Source of the DNA: Gemmatimonadota bacterium
GTDB lineage: Bacteria; Gemmatimonadota; Gemmatimonadetes; Gemmatimonadales; GWC2-71-9
Direction of reading: 5' to 3'
DNA length: 64,000 bases
Assembly (NCBI GenBank): GCA_039588295.1
Contig: JBDHAB010000015.1
Location: 31,316-95,315 of the forward strand
This document shows positions 29,319 to 39,100 of this stretch, one piece after another; the stretch's first letter is position 1; each line of letters begins with the position of its first letter. Both the position numbers and the translations under genes were made by a program. Below the pieces are notes generated by a model. That model did not search any database. It was not told where the DNA came from and was given only the letters and a program-made list of their open reading frames with translations.

Positions 29319-29995
29319 CCACCCCACCTGCTGTCCGGGCGCGGGAGGTATCGCGCCGGTTCGGATACCGTTGGGTCCTGCGCGAGGTTTCCATGGAAAT
29401 CGCGCCCGGCGAGGCGGTGTTGCTCGTGGGTGGAAACGGCGCGGGAAAGACCACGCTGCTCCGGGTCATGGCGCGACTGCTCAAGCCCTCCAAGGGAACC
29501 GTCGAATGCCGTGGGCTGGTTGGCATGGTGGCGCATCACTCGATGCTCTACGATGCGCTGACGGCCCGCGAGAACCTGGCCTTTGTTGCGCGGCTCCACG
29601 GGCTGCCGCGGGGGGACAACCTCGACGCGTTGTTGGAGCGGTTGGGGCTGGCGCACGTCTCGGGCGAGCGGATCGCGACCTTCAGCCGCGGAATGCTGCA
29701 GCGCCTCGCCATCGCCCGTTCGCTGCTGCACGATCCGGACGTGCTGCTGTTCGACGAACCGCTCAGTGGCCTGGACGAGGCAGGGGCGCGCGTCGTCCTC
29801 GAGGTTCTCACCGAGCTGCAGAAGCGAGGCACGGCGGCCGTGATCGCTACACACCAGCTCGTTGAGCTGGTGGCGGTCGCGGGGCGGGTGGGGTTCATGG
29901 TGAACGGCAAGCTCGTGGCCCTCGAGCCACTCGATGGACGGGATGCCGCGTCCGTGGTTGACCGCTATCGGGAGCTGGTGTCCGATGGGGGCTAG
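29315..29995 (+). CDS. ccmA: Heme ABC exporter ATP-binding protein
   Basis: Walker A GGNGAGKTT, signature FSRGMLQR, Walker B LLFDEP; LTARENL; precedes ccmB and ccmC. Confidence 0.85.
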   Translation: MTTPPAVRAREVSRRFGYRWVLREVSMEIAPGEAVLLVGGNGAGKTTLLRVMARLLKPSKGTVECRGLVGMVAHHSMLYDALTARENLAFVARLHGLPRGDNLDALLERLGLAHVSGERIATFSRGMLQRLAIARSLLHDPDVLLFDEPLSGLDEAGARVVLEVLTELQKRGTAAVIATHQLVELVAVAGRVGFMVNGKLVALEPLDGRDAASVVDRYRELVSDGG

Positions 29996-30671
29996 CGACC
30001 TTCTCAGGGTGACCTTCGCGGTCGCGAGGAAGGACCTTCAGGTCGAGTGGCGCACCAAGACCGCGTTCGTATCGGCGCTGGTGTTTGCGGTGCTCGTGCT
30101 CGCGGTGCTCTACTTCGCGCGTGACAAGACGAGCGTGGGCGATTTCGACATGGCGCCCGGGGCGCTGTGGGTCACCTTCACGTTCGCCGGCATGCTGGGG
30201 CTGAATCGCGCGTTCCTGCTCGAGCGGGAGAACCGGGCGCTCGATGGATTGCGGCTGACTGCCGCCTCCCCGTCCGCCATTTTCCTGGGCAAGATCCTGG
30301 GCAACCTGGTCTTCCTGGGGGTGGTGGAGCTGGTCTCGCTGCCGCTCTTCATTCTCTTCTATGACGTGCCGATCTGGCGGCAGCTGCCGCTCTTGATCGG
30401 AGTGGTCGCCCTGGCCACGATCGGTTTCGTGTCGGTGGGTACGTTGCTGAGCGCGATGGTCGTCCGGACCCGGTTCTCCGAGGTCATGCTCCCGGTGCTC
30501 CTCCTGCCATTCCTGGTGCCGCCCATCGTGAGTGCCGTGCAGCTCACTTGGCGCATTCTGGCCCTCCGGCCCTTGAGTGAATTGACGGGCTGGCTTAGCT
30601 TGCTCGCCGCATTCGATATCATCTTCTTCACGATCTCCCTGCTGCTTTTCGAGGCGATTCTCGTCGAATGA
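29985..30671 (+). CDS. ccmB: Heme exporter permease CcmB
   Basis: RKDLQVEWR, APGALWVTFTFAG.LGL.RAF..ERE...LDGL, LPVLLLPFLVP. Confidence 0.9.
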   Translation: MGASDLLRVTFAVARKDLQVEWRTKTAFVSALVFAVLVLAVLYFARDKTSVGDFDMAPGALWVTFTFAGMLGLNRAFLLERENRALDGLRLTAASPSAIFLGKILGNLVFLGVVELVSLPLFILFYDVPIWRQLPLLIGVVALATIGFVSVGTLLSAMVVRTRFSEVMLPVLLLPFLVPPIVSAVQLTWRILALRPLSELTGWLSLLAAFDIIFFTISLLLFEAILVE

Positions 30672-31372
30672 CACGTCGTGACCGCGCGCTCGTTACTGCC
30701 CGTCGGGGGAGTGTCCTTACGGTGATCGCACTGCTGGGCCTCGTCGGGGTCTATGTACGCGCGCTCGCGTTCACTCCCGTCGAACGCACCCAGGGACTGG
30801 CGCAAAAGATCTTCTATGTCCACGCCCCCGTCGCGTGGGCAGCACTCCTCGCCTTCGGCATCTGCGGTCTGTTGAGCCTGCTGTACCTGGTGCTGCGGGA
30901 TCGCAAGCTCGATCTCCTGGCGGCGGCGTCCGCCGAGGTGGGCGTGGCCTTTGGACTCGTGATGCTCATCACGGGGCCCCTGTGGGGGAAACCGGTATGG
31001 GGCACCTGGTGGACGTGGGATGCGAGATTGACGTCCACCCTGTTCACGTTCCTGCTGTTCGTCGGGTACCTGGTGTTACGCGGCGCGTTGACCGACTTCG
31101 AGGTGCGTGCGCGGTTCTCGGCCGTGCTGGGGGTGATGGCGCTGGTGCTGGTGCCGTTCATTCACGTCACGGTGTACTGGTTCAGGACGCTGCACCCCGA
31201 TCCCGTGGTGCTGAAGCCGGAGGCGCCGTCGCTGCCGAACGTCATGCTGGTGACGCTCCTGACGTCCATGGCGGTGTGCACGCTGCTCTATGTGGGATTC
31301 CTGATGCAACGCTACGGTCTCGAGGTGCTGCGCGACGTTCACGAAGAGGAGGCGGCCGGTGGAATATCCTGA
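30668..31372 (+). CDS. ccmC: Heme exporter / cytochrome c biogenesis protein CcmC
   Basis: IFYVHAP, WWD motif TGPLWGKPVWGTWWTWDARLT, WFRTLHP. Confidence 0.93.
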   Translation: MTRRDRALVTARRGSVLTVIALLGLVGVYVRALAFTPVERTQGLAQKIFYVHAPVAWAALLAFGICGLLSLLYLVLRDRKLDLLAAASAEVGVAFGLVMLITGPLWGKPVWGTWWTWDARLTSTLFTFLLFVGYLVLRGALTDFEVRARFSAVLGVMALVLVPFIHVTVYWFRTLHPDPVVLKPEAPSLPNVMLVTLLTSMAVCTLLYVGFLMQRYGLEVLRDVHEEEAAGGIS

Positions 31373-31475
31373 GAACGGCGTCTATATGGTCGCGGCCTAC
31401 ATCGCGACGGCGGTGATCATTCTGGGATACGCCGGGCTGCTCTTCAGGGCGTTACGCAGGTACTGGAAACGTTAG
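31359..31475 (+). CDS. ccmD: CcmD-like small membrane protein, 38 aa (not in the ORF track)
   Basis: GTG 31359 after GAGGAGG; MEYPENGVYMVAAYIATAVIILGYAGLLFRALRRYWKR*; YxxxAY-TM-basic tail directly after ccmC. Confidence 0.7.
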   Translation: MEYPENGVYMVAAYIATAVIILGYAGLLFRALRRYWKR

Positions 31476-31494
31476 CCCTGGCGATCGACGCACG

Positions 31495-31526
31495 CTGGGG
31501 CGGGGGCCAGGTGGCTCCCGCCCCAG
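31495..31526. terminator. Hairpin between convergent ccmD and aquaporin genes
   Basis: ctggggcgggggcca...tggctcccgccccag inverted repeat. Confidence 0.55.
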
Positions 31527-31539
31527 TGGCGTCGAGGCG

Positions 31540-32229
31540 CTACGTGGTCTGCTCTTCCTTCTTCGGCAACAGGAGCCCTCCCCAGATCGCGGCTGCGACG
31601 CCCGCGCCGAGCAGTGGTCCCACCCAGTAGATCAAGTGCGCCTGCCAGTTGCCGGAGATGAGGGCCGGACCGAACGCCCGGGCCGGGTTCATCTGCGCGC
31701 CGGTCATCGGTCCGCCAACGAGGATGTCAAAGATCAGGACGAGACCGATGCCGAAGCCGCCGACCTTCGGGGCGTCAGGGGACACCGCGGTGCCGAACAC
31801 GGCGCTCACCCAGAAGAGGGTGAGCAGCGCCTCGATCACGATGGCCTGGGTGTCGGTCAACAGGCCGGAGATGCGCGGCGCGCCGTAGCCCGTCGCTTCG
31901 CCGGCGAGGCTTGGAAGGAGCAACCGGACGAGGAGCACGGCGAGGGCGGCCGCCAACAGTTGGCTCACGACGTAGAGGGCGCCGGTCTTGGAGTCGATCT
32001 TCTTCGTCAACCACAGCGCGAACGTGACCGCGGGGTTGATGTGACCGCCGGAGATGTTCATGGTGGCGGTAATCACGATGGCGAGCGCGAAGGCGTGCGC
32101 GAGTGCCACCCCCACGAGTCCCAGTTCGCCGCCTCTTGCCGCGTCGACGACGACCGCTCCCGTCCCGATGAAGACGAACGCGAACGTTCCCCAAAACTCG
32201 GCCGCAACCGGTCGGATGATGCTGCGCAT
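31540..32229 (-). CDS. MIP family channel (aquaporin)
   Basis: AEFWGTF and two NPA boxes (ISGGHINPAVT, MNPARAFGPA), YWVGPL. Confidence 0.93.
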   Translation of the reverse strand: MRSIIRPVAAEFWGTFAFVFIGTGAVVVDAARGGELGLVGVALAHAFALAIVITATMNISGGHINPAVTFALWLTKKIDSKTGALYVVSQLLAAALAVLLVRLLLPSLAGEATGYGAPRISGLLTDTQAIVIEALLTLFWVSAVFGTAVSPDAPKVGGFGIGLVLIFDILVGGPMTGAQMNPARAFGPALISGNWQAHLIYWVGPLLGAGVAAAIWGGLLLPKKEEQTT

Positions 32230-32285
32230 GATGGAGTCCCCTCTGTGAGTGGGTGCAGGACGGCACTAAAAGTACCCGTGCTGGC

Positions 32286-33053
32286 CTATCCGAAAACCCC
32301 CTGAACGAGGAGCGCAACCAGCGCCCCGATAGCGGTAGCCGACAGGTTGACGCCATCGTTGTCCAGCCATTGCGCCCCGCCGATCAGGCGGCTGGGGCTA
32401 CCACACGCGTGAACTCGCTGCTCGGTCTCCTGGTTGCAGCCGTCGCAGTGGTAGTGCCCCTGAAGCGTGGCGCCGAGGATCGAATCGGCGAGGCTTCCGA
32501 TGGCGCCCCCTAGGGCGGCCCCGACCGCCGTCCAGGCGCCGACGCCGAGCAGGGAGGTGACTCCGCCCAGGGTGGCTGCGCCGGCGAGGCTTGCTATGGT
32601 CCCGCGCGGAGTGACGGCCCCGGACGTTCCGGCGGCAACGACACGGCCACCGGTGATGAGCCGCGGAGGATGAGGTGATCGTGTGCCGATCTCGGTCGCC
32701 CACGTATCGGCCTGGGCGGCGGCGAGTGCGCCGGTGAGCACGGCCCATCCGACGGCGGGATGGGACGGGACGAGCGCGGCCCCGGCCGCCGCCACTCCGC
32801 CGTTCGCGATCACCTGCCTCCAGGTCCGCCCGTGGCGCCGGGCTCCGTGCCGCCTCGGGATGCCGGAGTACGTGAGCACGCTCGCGGTCACGAAGAAGAC
32901 GCCGAGGAGCAGGGCACCCTGGAGGCCGGCGCCGGCGAAGATCGTGGTGCCCACGAGCGCCGCGGCCAGGACGCCGCCGGCGGTGAGCCAGCCAATCGTG
33001 CCTCCGCCGATTGCAAGGAAGCCCGCGAGCAGAATCGCGAGCGGCAGGGTCAC
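32286..33053 (-). CDS. DUF92 (TMEM19-like) membrane protein
   Basis: GRTWRQVIANGG, ADTWATEIG, GTSGAVT..GT, DSILGATLQ, LDNDGVNL. Confidence 0.88.
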   Translation of the reverse strand: MTLPLAILLAGFLAIGGGTIGWLTAGGVLAAALVGTTIFAGAGLQGALLLGVFFVTASVLTYSGIPRRHGARRHGRTWRQVIANGGVAAAGAALVPSHPAVGWAVLTGALAAAQADTWATEIGTRSPHPPRLITGGRVVAAGTSGAVTPRGTIASLAGAATLGGVTSLLGVGAWTAVGAALGGAIGSLADSILGATLQGHYHCDGCNQETEQRVHACGSPSRLIGGAQWLDNDGVNLSATAIGALVALLVQGVFG

Positions 33054-33316
33054 GAGGTTGGCGAGGTGTCGCCCTCAAAGAGGATCTGCTCGAGGATCCG
33101 TCGCTTGAGCGATTCTGGAGCGCCGTGGGCCCGGGTCCGCGCTTCGAGGAAGTGGATGTACGCGCGCTCGAAGTTGGATACGGACATGCACGGGGCGCAG
33201 GTGGCAAGGTGGGTCCGAACTTCTGCTTCCCGTACCGGTGTCAACTCACCGTCCAGATACTCGTACAGGCGGTTCAACACTTCCTGGCAGTCGATCTCCT
33301 GCGGCTCTTGTGTCAT
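33050..33316 (-). CDS. Soluble zinc anti-sigma factor (RsrA / RshA-like)
   Basis: DCQEVL..LYEYLDGEL...HLATCAPC; no TM helix; ATGA overlap with the sigma gene. Confidence 0.88.
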   Translation of the reverse strand: MTQEPQEIDCQEVLNRLYEYLDGELTPVREAEVRTHLATCAPCMSVSNFERAYIHFLEARTRAHGAPESLKRRILEQILFEGDTSPTS

Positions 33317-33879
33317 GCCTCGCGCCTCGTGATGTAGCCCATCTCCAGCGCATAGTCGTACAGGGTGCGCTGGAGCGCCTGTCTCGCCCGGAACAGCCGG
33401 GATTTCACCGTCCCGACGGGGACTTCGGTCACCTCGGCGATCTCCGCGTAGGTGAGTCCCTCGACGTCGCTCAGCACTAGCGTCTCGCGGAACTCGTCCG
33501 GGAGGGCGTCGATGGCCTGGAGGATCTCGTCGTCGACGATCTGGTTGAAGAAGCTGCCTTCGGGATCGACATCGTGGATGTCGCCGAAGATGGTGAAGGC
33601 CTCGATTGCCGTGACGTCGATCTCCGCCACCGCGCGGCGAGACTTGCGGTATTCATTGATGAACGTATGGCGCAGGATCGTGAGCAGCCACGCGCGCGCG
33701 TTCGTTCCCGGCCGGTACTGATGCCACGAACGGTACGCTTTGAGCATTGTCTCCTGGGTGAGGTCTTCCGCCTGGGCCTCGTTGCCGGCGAGACGCAACG
33801 CCACGCGGTACACCGAATCGAGGTGGGGAAGCGCCTCCGCTTCGAATGCGTGCCGTTTGTCGTCGGACGGCTGCGCCAC
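33313..33879 (-). CDS. ECF sigma factor (SigR / SigH-like)
   Basis: EALPHLDSVYRVALRL, AEDLTQET.LKAY, GTNARAWLLTIL, LTYAEIAE...PVGTVKSRLFRAR. Confidence 0.92.
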   Translation of the reverse strand: MAQPSDDKRHAFEAEALPHLDSVYRVALRLAGNEAQAEDLTQETMLKAYRSWHQYRPGTNARAWLLTILRHTFINEYRKSRRAVAEIDVTAIEAFTIFGDIHDVDPEGSFFNQIVDDEILQAIDALPDEFRETLVLSDVEGLTYAEIAEVTEVPVGTVKSRLFRARQALQRTLYDYALEMGYITRREA

Positions 33880-34037
33880 GGTGTCTGATTCCTCGTCGGG
33901 AGCCGATGGCCGATACTCGGAGATAGGATCGCTCGGGAGACGCCGCCCCGCAACGTCTGGACCGGCGCGCTCTGGTACCCGTGCTGCCGTTGGGCTAAGT
34001 TGCGGCCCGTCTCCAGCGAATCGTTGTTCCTGACACC

Positions 34038-34670
34038 GTGACCACCAGAGCGAGTTCGGCGGTGCACGCGGCCATTCCGCTCGCCGTGCTGGAAGCCATG
34101 CGGGTTCTGGACGTTCCCGCGCCCGACGGAATGGACGAGTATCACGTCGAGCTGACGACCAAGCGGCTCGGGATGAGCCAGACGGTTGAAGTGCAGATTC
34201 GCCGGTTCAAGGAACTCGCCGAGCGCGACGAGTTCGTGAGCCGGGAGGAGTTCGTGCCTCTGCTGCAGCTCGCGGCGCGCCGCAGCGATGCGGCGCTCCT
34301 GTTTGCCGACGCGGGCCGGCGGGCCGGCGCGCACGTTGCACAGCGGATCTCGCCGACGGCCCTGGCGTTGTGGCGCAGTGCCCCGTCGTTTGCGCGAACC
34401 CGGCTGGGTCTCAGACTCGCTCGCCGGGTGCTGTGGGACATTTTCCGGGTGCGGATCCAGAAGGACGGTGATCACCTTCAGGCGCACGCCACCGAGGGCT
34501 TCTCCGTAGAGGCGACCCCTGACGGGGAGTCCTGCGCGCTCGTGGGATCGGCCGTGGCGGCGGTGCTTCGTGCGTTCACAGATTTCGAAGGCGCGATCGT
34601 GCATGAGGCCTGCCGGGCCCGGGGCGCCGAACGGTGCCGGTGGGAAACGGCCACCGGTGGAAGGGACTGA
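34038..34670 (+). CDS. Hypothetical protein with a C-terminal V4R-like domain
   Basis: C...HEACRARGAERCRW Cys/His pattern typical of V4R. Confidence 0.6.
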   Translation: MTTRASSAVHAAIPLAVLEAMRVLDVPAPDGMDEYHVELTTKRLGMSQTVEVQIRRFKELAERDEFVSREEFVPLLQLAARRSDAALLFADAGRRAGAHVAQRISPTALALWRSAPSFARTRLGLRLARRVLWDIFRVRIQKDGDHLQAHATEGFSVEATPDGESCALVGSAVAAVLRAFTDFEGAIVHEACRARGAERCRWETATGGRD

Positions 34671-34673
34671 CCG

Positions 34674-35846
34674 ATGACGACCCTGCACCAGCTGGATCTC
34701 AACGAGCTGAGCACCGTGCTGAAGCAGCGCGGGCTGGACGGCTGGTTGGTGTACGACTTCCACGACGTGAACCCGATCGCCCGGCGGATGTTTGGCGCGA
34801 CGGGTATGCTCACACGGCGCCTGTTCCTGTGGCTCCCGGCTGTGGGCCCCCCCACCATCGTGGTTCATAACCTGGATCGTCCGGGGCTCGGACCGCTTCC
34901 GGGCGAGGTCCAGGTCTACACGACGTGGCACGAGCTGCACCACATGCTGACCCGCCTGGTCCGTGGTCGCCGCATCGCCATGGAGACCTCGCCCGAGAAC
35001 GCGGTGCCGTATCTGGATCTGGTCCCCTCGGGCGTCGTCGAGCTGTTGGGGCGGCTGGGAGCCACCATCGTCACATCGGCGCCGCTGGTCACGCGGTTCA
35101 CGGCGCGCTGGACGGCCGCCGAGCGTGAGGACCATCGAGCCGTAGCGGAGATCATCGCCGGGATCGCCCGTGACACCGTGAGCCGCGTGGTCGATCAGGT
35201 AGGCACGGCCAACGAGTACGCCGTGCGACGCGAGGTGCTCGGTGAGCTCCAGGCGCGGGAGTTGGCCGTGGAGGATCCGCCGATCGTCGCGTTCGGGCCG
35301 AATGCGTCCAGCGGGCATTACGAACCCAAAGACGGGCAGAGTCGGACGCTGGCGGCCGGGGACGTCGTGCTGCTCGACCTCTGGGCCCGACGCTCACCCC
35401 ACACCGTGTGGGCGGACCAGACCTGGATGGGGATCGCCGGCGGCAAGCCGGCCGGCGAGATCCAGCGAGCTTGGGAAGCGGTGGTTGACGCCCGGGAGGC
35501 TGTGATCCGGCGTCTCGAGCGGGCCGTGGCATCCAAGGAACGGGTGAGCGGCGCGGTCCTCGACTCGGCGGCGCGGGAAGTGGTGACGGCGGCCGGATTC
35601 GGCGAGTACTTCGCCCACCGAACCGGCCACTCGATCGAGCTCAGCCTCCACGGTTCGGGCCCTCATTTGGACGATTTCGAGACGCACGACGTGCGAGAAC
35701 TGGTCCCGGGGGTGGGATTCTCGGTAGAGCCCGGGGTTTACGTGCCGGGGAGGTTCGGTGTCCGCACCGAGATCAACGTGTTCCTGGGTCCCGACGGGCC
35801 CGAAGTGACGCCACGGGAGCGTCAGAAGGTATTGATAGGCGTCTAG
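34674..35846 (+). CDS. M24 family Xaa-Pro aminopeptidase
   Basis: VAFGPN...HYEP, LLDLW, ADQTW, HRTGHSI...HG, FSVEPGVY..G.FGVRTE. Confidence 0.9.
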   Translation: MTTLHQLDLNELSTVLKQRGLDGWLVYDFHDVNPIARRMFGATGMLTRRLFLWLPAVGPPTIVVHNLDRPGLGPLPGEVQVYTTWHELHHMLTRLVRGRRIAMETSPENAVPYLDLVPSGVVELLGRLGATIVTSAPLVTRFTARWTAAEREDHRAVAEIIAGIARDTVSRVVDQVGTANEYAVRREVLGELQARELAVEDPPIVAFGPNASSGHYEPKDGQSRTLAAGDVVLLDLWARRSPHTVWADQTWMGIAGGKPAGEIQRAWEAVVDAREAVIRRLERAVASKERVSGAVLDSAAREVVTAAGFGEYFAHRTGHSIELSLHGSGPHLDDFETHDVRELVPGVGFSVEPGVYVPGRFGVRTEINVFLGPDGPEVTPRERQKVLIGV

Positions 35847-35927
35847 CGGGCCCTCTGGCAGCGCCAGCGGTGCCGCCAAGGCCGACCAGGACTGTCCCCT
35901 TTGGTGGACAGTTGCATTCTGTGATGC

Positions 35928-35955
35928 TTGACACGCTTAACCATCGGCGTACATT
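35928..35955 (+). promoter_or_regulatory. Near-consensus sigma70 promoter for the TBDR-CTD-PorV operon
   Basis: TTGACA (35928-33), 16-nt spacer, TACATT (35950-55); about 180 nt upstream of ATG 36134. Confidence 0.55.
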
Positions 35956-36133
35956 GCCTTCGACTACCGCAAAGAGGGGGTGCCGCCCGTAAACGTTTCT
36001 GTCAGCCGCAGTTCCCGACACATCACCGAATCTCTCTCCCTTCCACGGCTAGCGTCGCTCAGCACGTGAACGTCGGTGACGTGTTACCAAAGTGTTGTTT
36101 GTGTATCGCATTTCGTCATTGGAGGACGAGTCC

Positions 36134-39100
36134 ATGACAGACACAGGTCGTAGCGCATTTGGTCGCGCGGCACGCGTGCTCTTGGCACTCGGCGTGCTCT
36201 CGCTCGGAGCAACGGGGCTCTGGGCGCAGGGGACGACGGGGAAGATCCAGGGGACCGTGTTGGACCCGACGGGGCAGCCGATTGGGAACGCGCAAGTGTT
36301 CGTGCTCGGCACCTCGTTTGCCGCACTGACCAACGAGGATGGGTTCTACTTCTTGAACAACGTGCCCGCAGGTGTCTACTCGATGCGGGCACAATTCATT
36401 GGCTACCAGCCGGCGCAGATGGAGGGTGTGCGGATCTTGGCCGACCAGACCTTGACGGCCGATTTCCGCCTGTCGGGGGCGGTAGCCTTGGAGGCGATCA
36501 CGATCACCGCGGCGGAAGCGCCGATTGTGCCGCGTGACCAGGTCACCTCGAAGGCCATCGTGACCGGTGAGCAGATCGACGATCTGCCGGTGAACAGCAC
36601 CACCGCCGTGGTGCTGCTCCAGCCCGGTGTGATCGCCGGGCGGGGTGGCAGCCTCCGAATCCGCGGTGGCCGGTCCAATGAGGCCGTGTGGTTCATCGAC
36701 GGTGCTCCGGTGCGCCGGATGGACAACGCCTCCGTGGGCTTTGGGTTTGCCACCAACACCTTGCAGGAAGTGTCGGTCACCACCGGCGCGATGGACGCGG
36801 CGTTCGGTGACGCGCAGTCGGGCGTGATCTCCCTGGTGACGCGGTCCGGTGGGTCGCGGTTCGTCGGCACGCTCGCCTATGAGACCGACGAGCCCATGGG
36901 CAACAGTCTCTCGACCGGCTATAACCGGTTCGAGGCGGCAGTCAGCGGTCCGGTCTTCGGGAACCTCACGTTCTCGATCGGCGGCACGTTGACCGGAAAC
37001 CGCAGTGCCGCGACCGCCAAGGGCATCGAGGACATCCCGACCTATACGTTCGCCGGACTCGATACCACCGTGGTGTCCCTGTCCGGCTCGGACAGCCTGT
37101 TCACCGCGATTCCGCAGATTATTCAGTTCGGTGGCCAGTGTGAAGCGGCCGACAACGCTGGCTTCGAGTGCCAGGGCCGGCGGCGCCCCTATGGGTGGGC
37201 GACCGACACACGGGCGAACGCGAAGCTGCAGTACACGTACGGCAGCGGGTCGCGGGTCTCCTTCTCGGCGCTGACGAACATCAACCAGAACATGGGTGCG
37301 CAGTCGACGCTGAACGTGGAGTCGGAAAGCGGCGCGCGGTTGGTATCCAACCTGTTTGTGTTGAACTGGGTGCAGCAGGTATTCCGCGGCGCCGCCAGCG
37401 AGCTGGCATTCGACCTCAACCTGTCGCACCAGAGGTACAAACGGGTATCCGGCGTGATCGATCGCGCAACCGGCCTGGGTAACCGCGATCCGTTCCTGGG
37501 CATGGTGCTGAGCCCGCTGGATTTCGTCACGGATTGGGATCGGTTCGCGCCCGTGGATCCGGCGAATCACCTGTCGATCGACCCCCTGACGGGTGGCTTT
37601 TTCATCTCGCGGCTCGAGACCCAGGAGGACTGGGACGCGCTCATCGAGAACGTCCGCTACGACCGTGGCACACTGCGGTCGTACCTGGATCGTTTCGAGA
37701 TCGGAGCCCGGGACATCCCGCGGGTCAACGCGTACGGGACCCTCGCCGGACCGTCGACGTTCGGCATGACCACAGGGCAGAGCTATCAGTTTGAGAATCG
37801 TTGGGTCGGCCGGGCGAACATCGACTGGCAGGCCGATCGGTACAACCGGTTCAAGTTCGGGGTGGAGGGCACGCGTGCCGACCTCGGCCGCTACGAGATG
37901 ACCACCACTCGGAAGAGCTTCGGCAACGGCTACACCGGCGAGCCCTACAAGGTCGCTGCGTATGCGCAGGACCGGTTGGACCTGGGCGACGTGGTCATCG
38001 AGCTGGGCGTGCGGTGGGATCGGTTCGACACGCGGACGATCTTCCCGCTGGTCCCGGGCCGACTCTTCACCAATCCGGCGTTCGACGATGCGTTGACCGT
38101 CGACGCGATGACCTGCCCGACGCCGCGCTTCGGAGCGGACGGTGTGCAGGGCAATGCGGATGATTGTGACATCACGCAGTACGTGTGGGCGCCTGCCGAG
38201 TCGCACTCGGGGATCTCCCCGCGGGTCCGCGTGTCGTTCCCGGTCACCGACCGGACGGGCTTCCGGCTCTCCTACGCGCACCAGACGCAGGTGCCGGACC
38301 TGTTCAACATGTACAATGGCACCAACAACGACCTCGCCAACACGAACACGAACGACCAGTTCGGTGGCGACGCCGACCTCGGCAAGACCATCATCTTCGA
38401 GTTCGGGATCCGGCACGCGTTCAGCGAGGACATGGTGCTGGACATCGCGGCGTACAACAAGGACAAAGTGTCCGACATTACGTACCGCGTGTTGCCGTTC
38501 TTTGACACGTTCACCGACCGCGTGAGCAACGTGAACATTCTCACCAACGCGGACTTCGGCAATGTCCGCGGGGTGGACGTCCAGCTGCTCCGCCGGTTCG
38601 GCAACGTGTTCTCGGGCCAGGTGTCGTACACGTTCCAGAACGCGAAGAGCACCGGCTCTGACCCGACGGACTTCTTGAATGGTCTCTCCCGCGCGCCGTT
38701 CGGCGTGCTGGGTGAGAGGCCTGAGGCGCCGCAGACCACGCTGCGCACGCGGGACGACCGCAGCCACAACATCCAGGGCTCGTTCAGCCTGGCCTTCCCG
38801 TCGGACTATCTCTCGGGATCGGCGGTTGGCGCGGTGCTGCGGGATCTCGGCGTGTTTGGCACCTTCCAGCTTCGCAGCGGCCTTCCCTACACGCGGCTCG
38901 AAAACAACGGCCGTGGGAACCGCTCGACTGGTGGCTTCGGGCTCATCGCCGAGCTGATCGAACCTCTGCAGTCCTCGGAGACGCCGTGGGAGAAGTTCTT
39001 CGATCTGCGCGTGACGAAGGGCTTCCGTCTTGGTCCCACGGACTGGACGCTGTATGCGGACGTGCGCAACGTGCTCAACTTCACGAACAAGACCGCGGTG

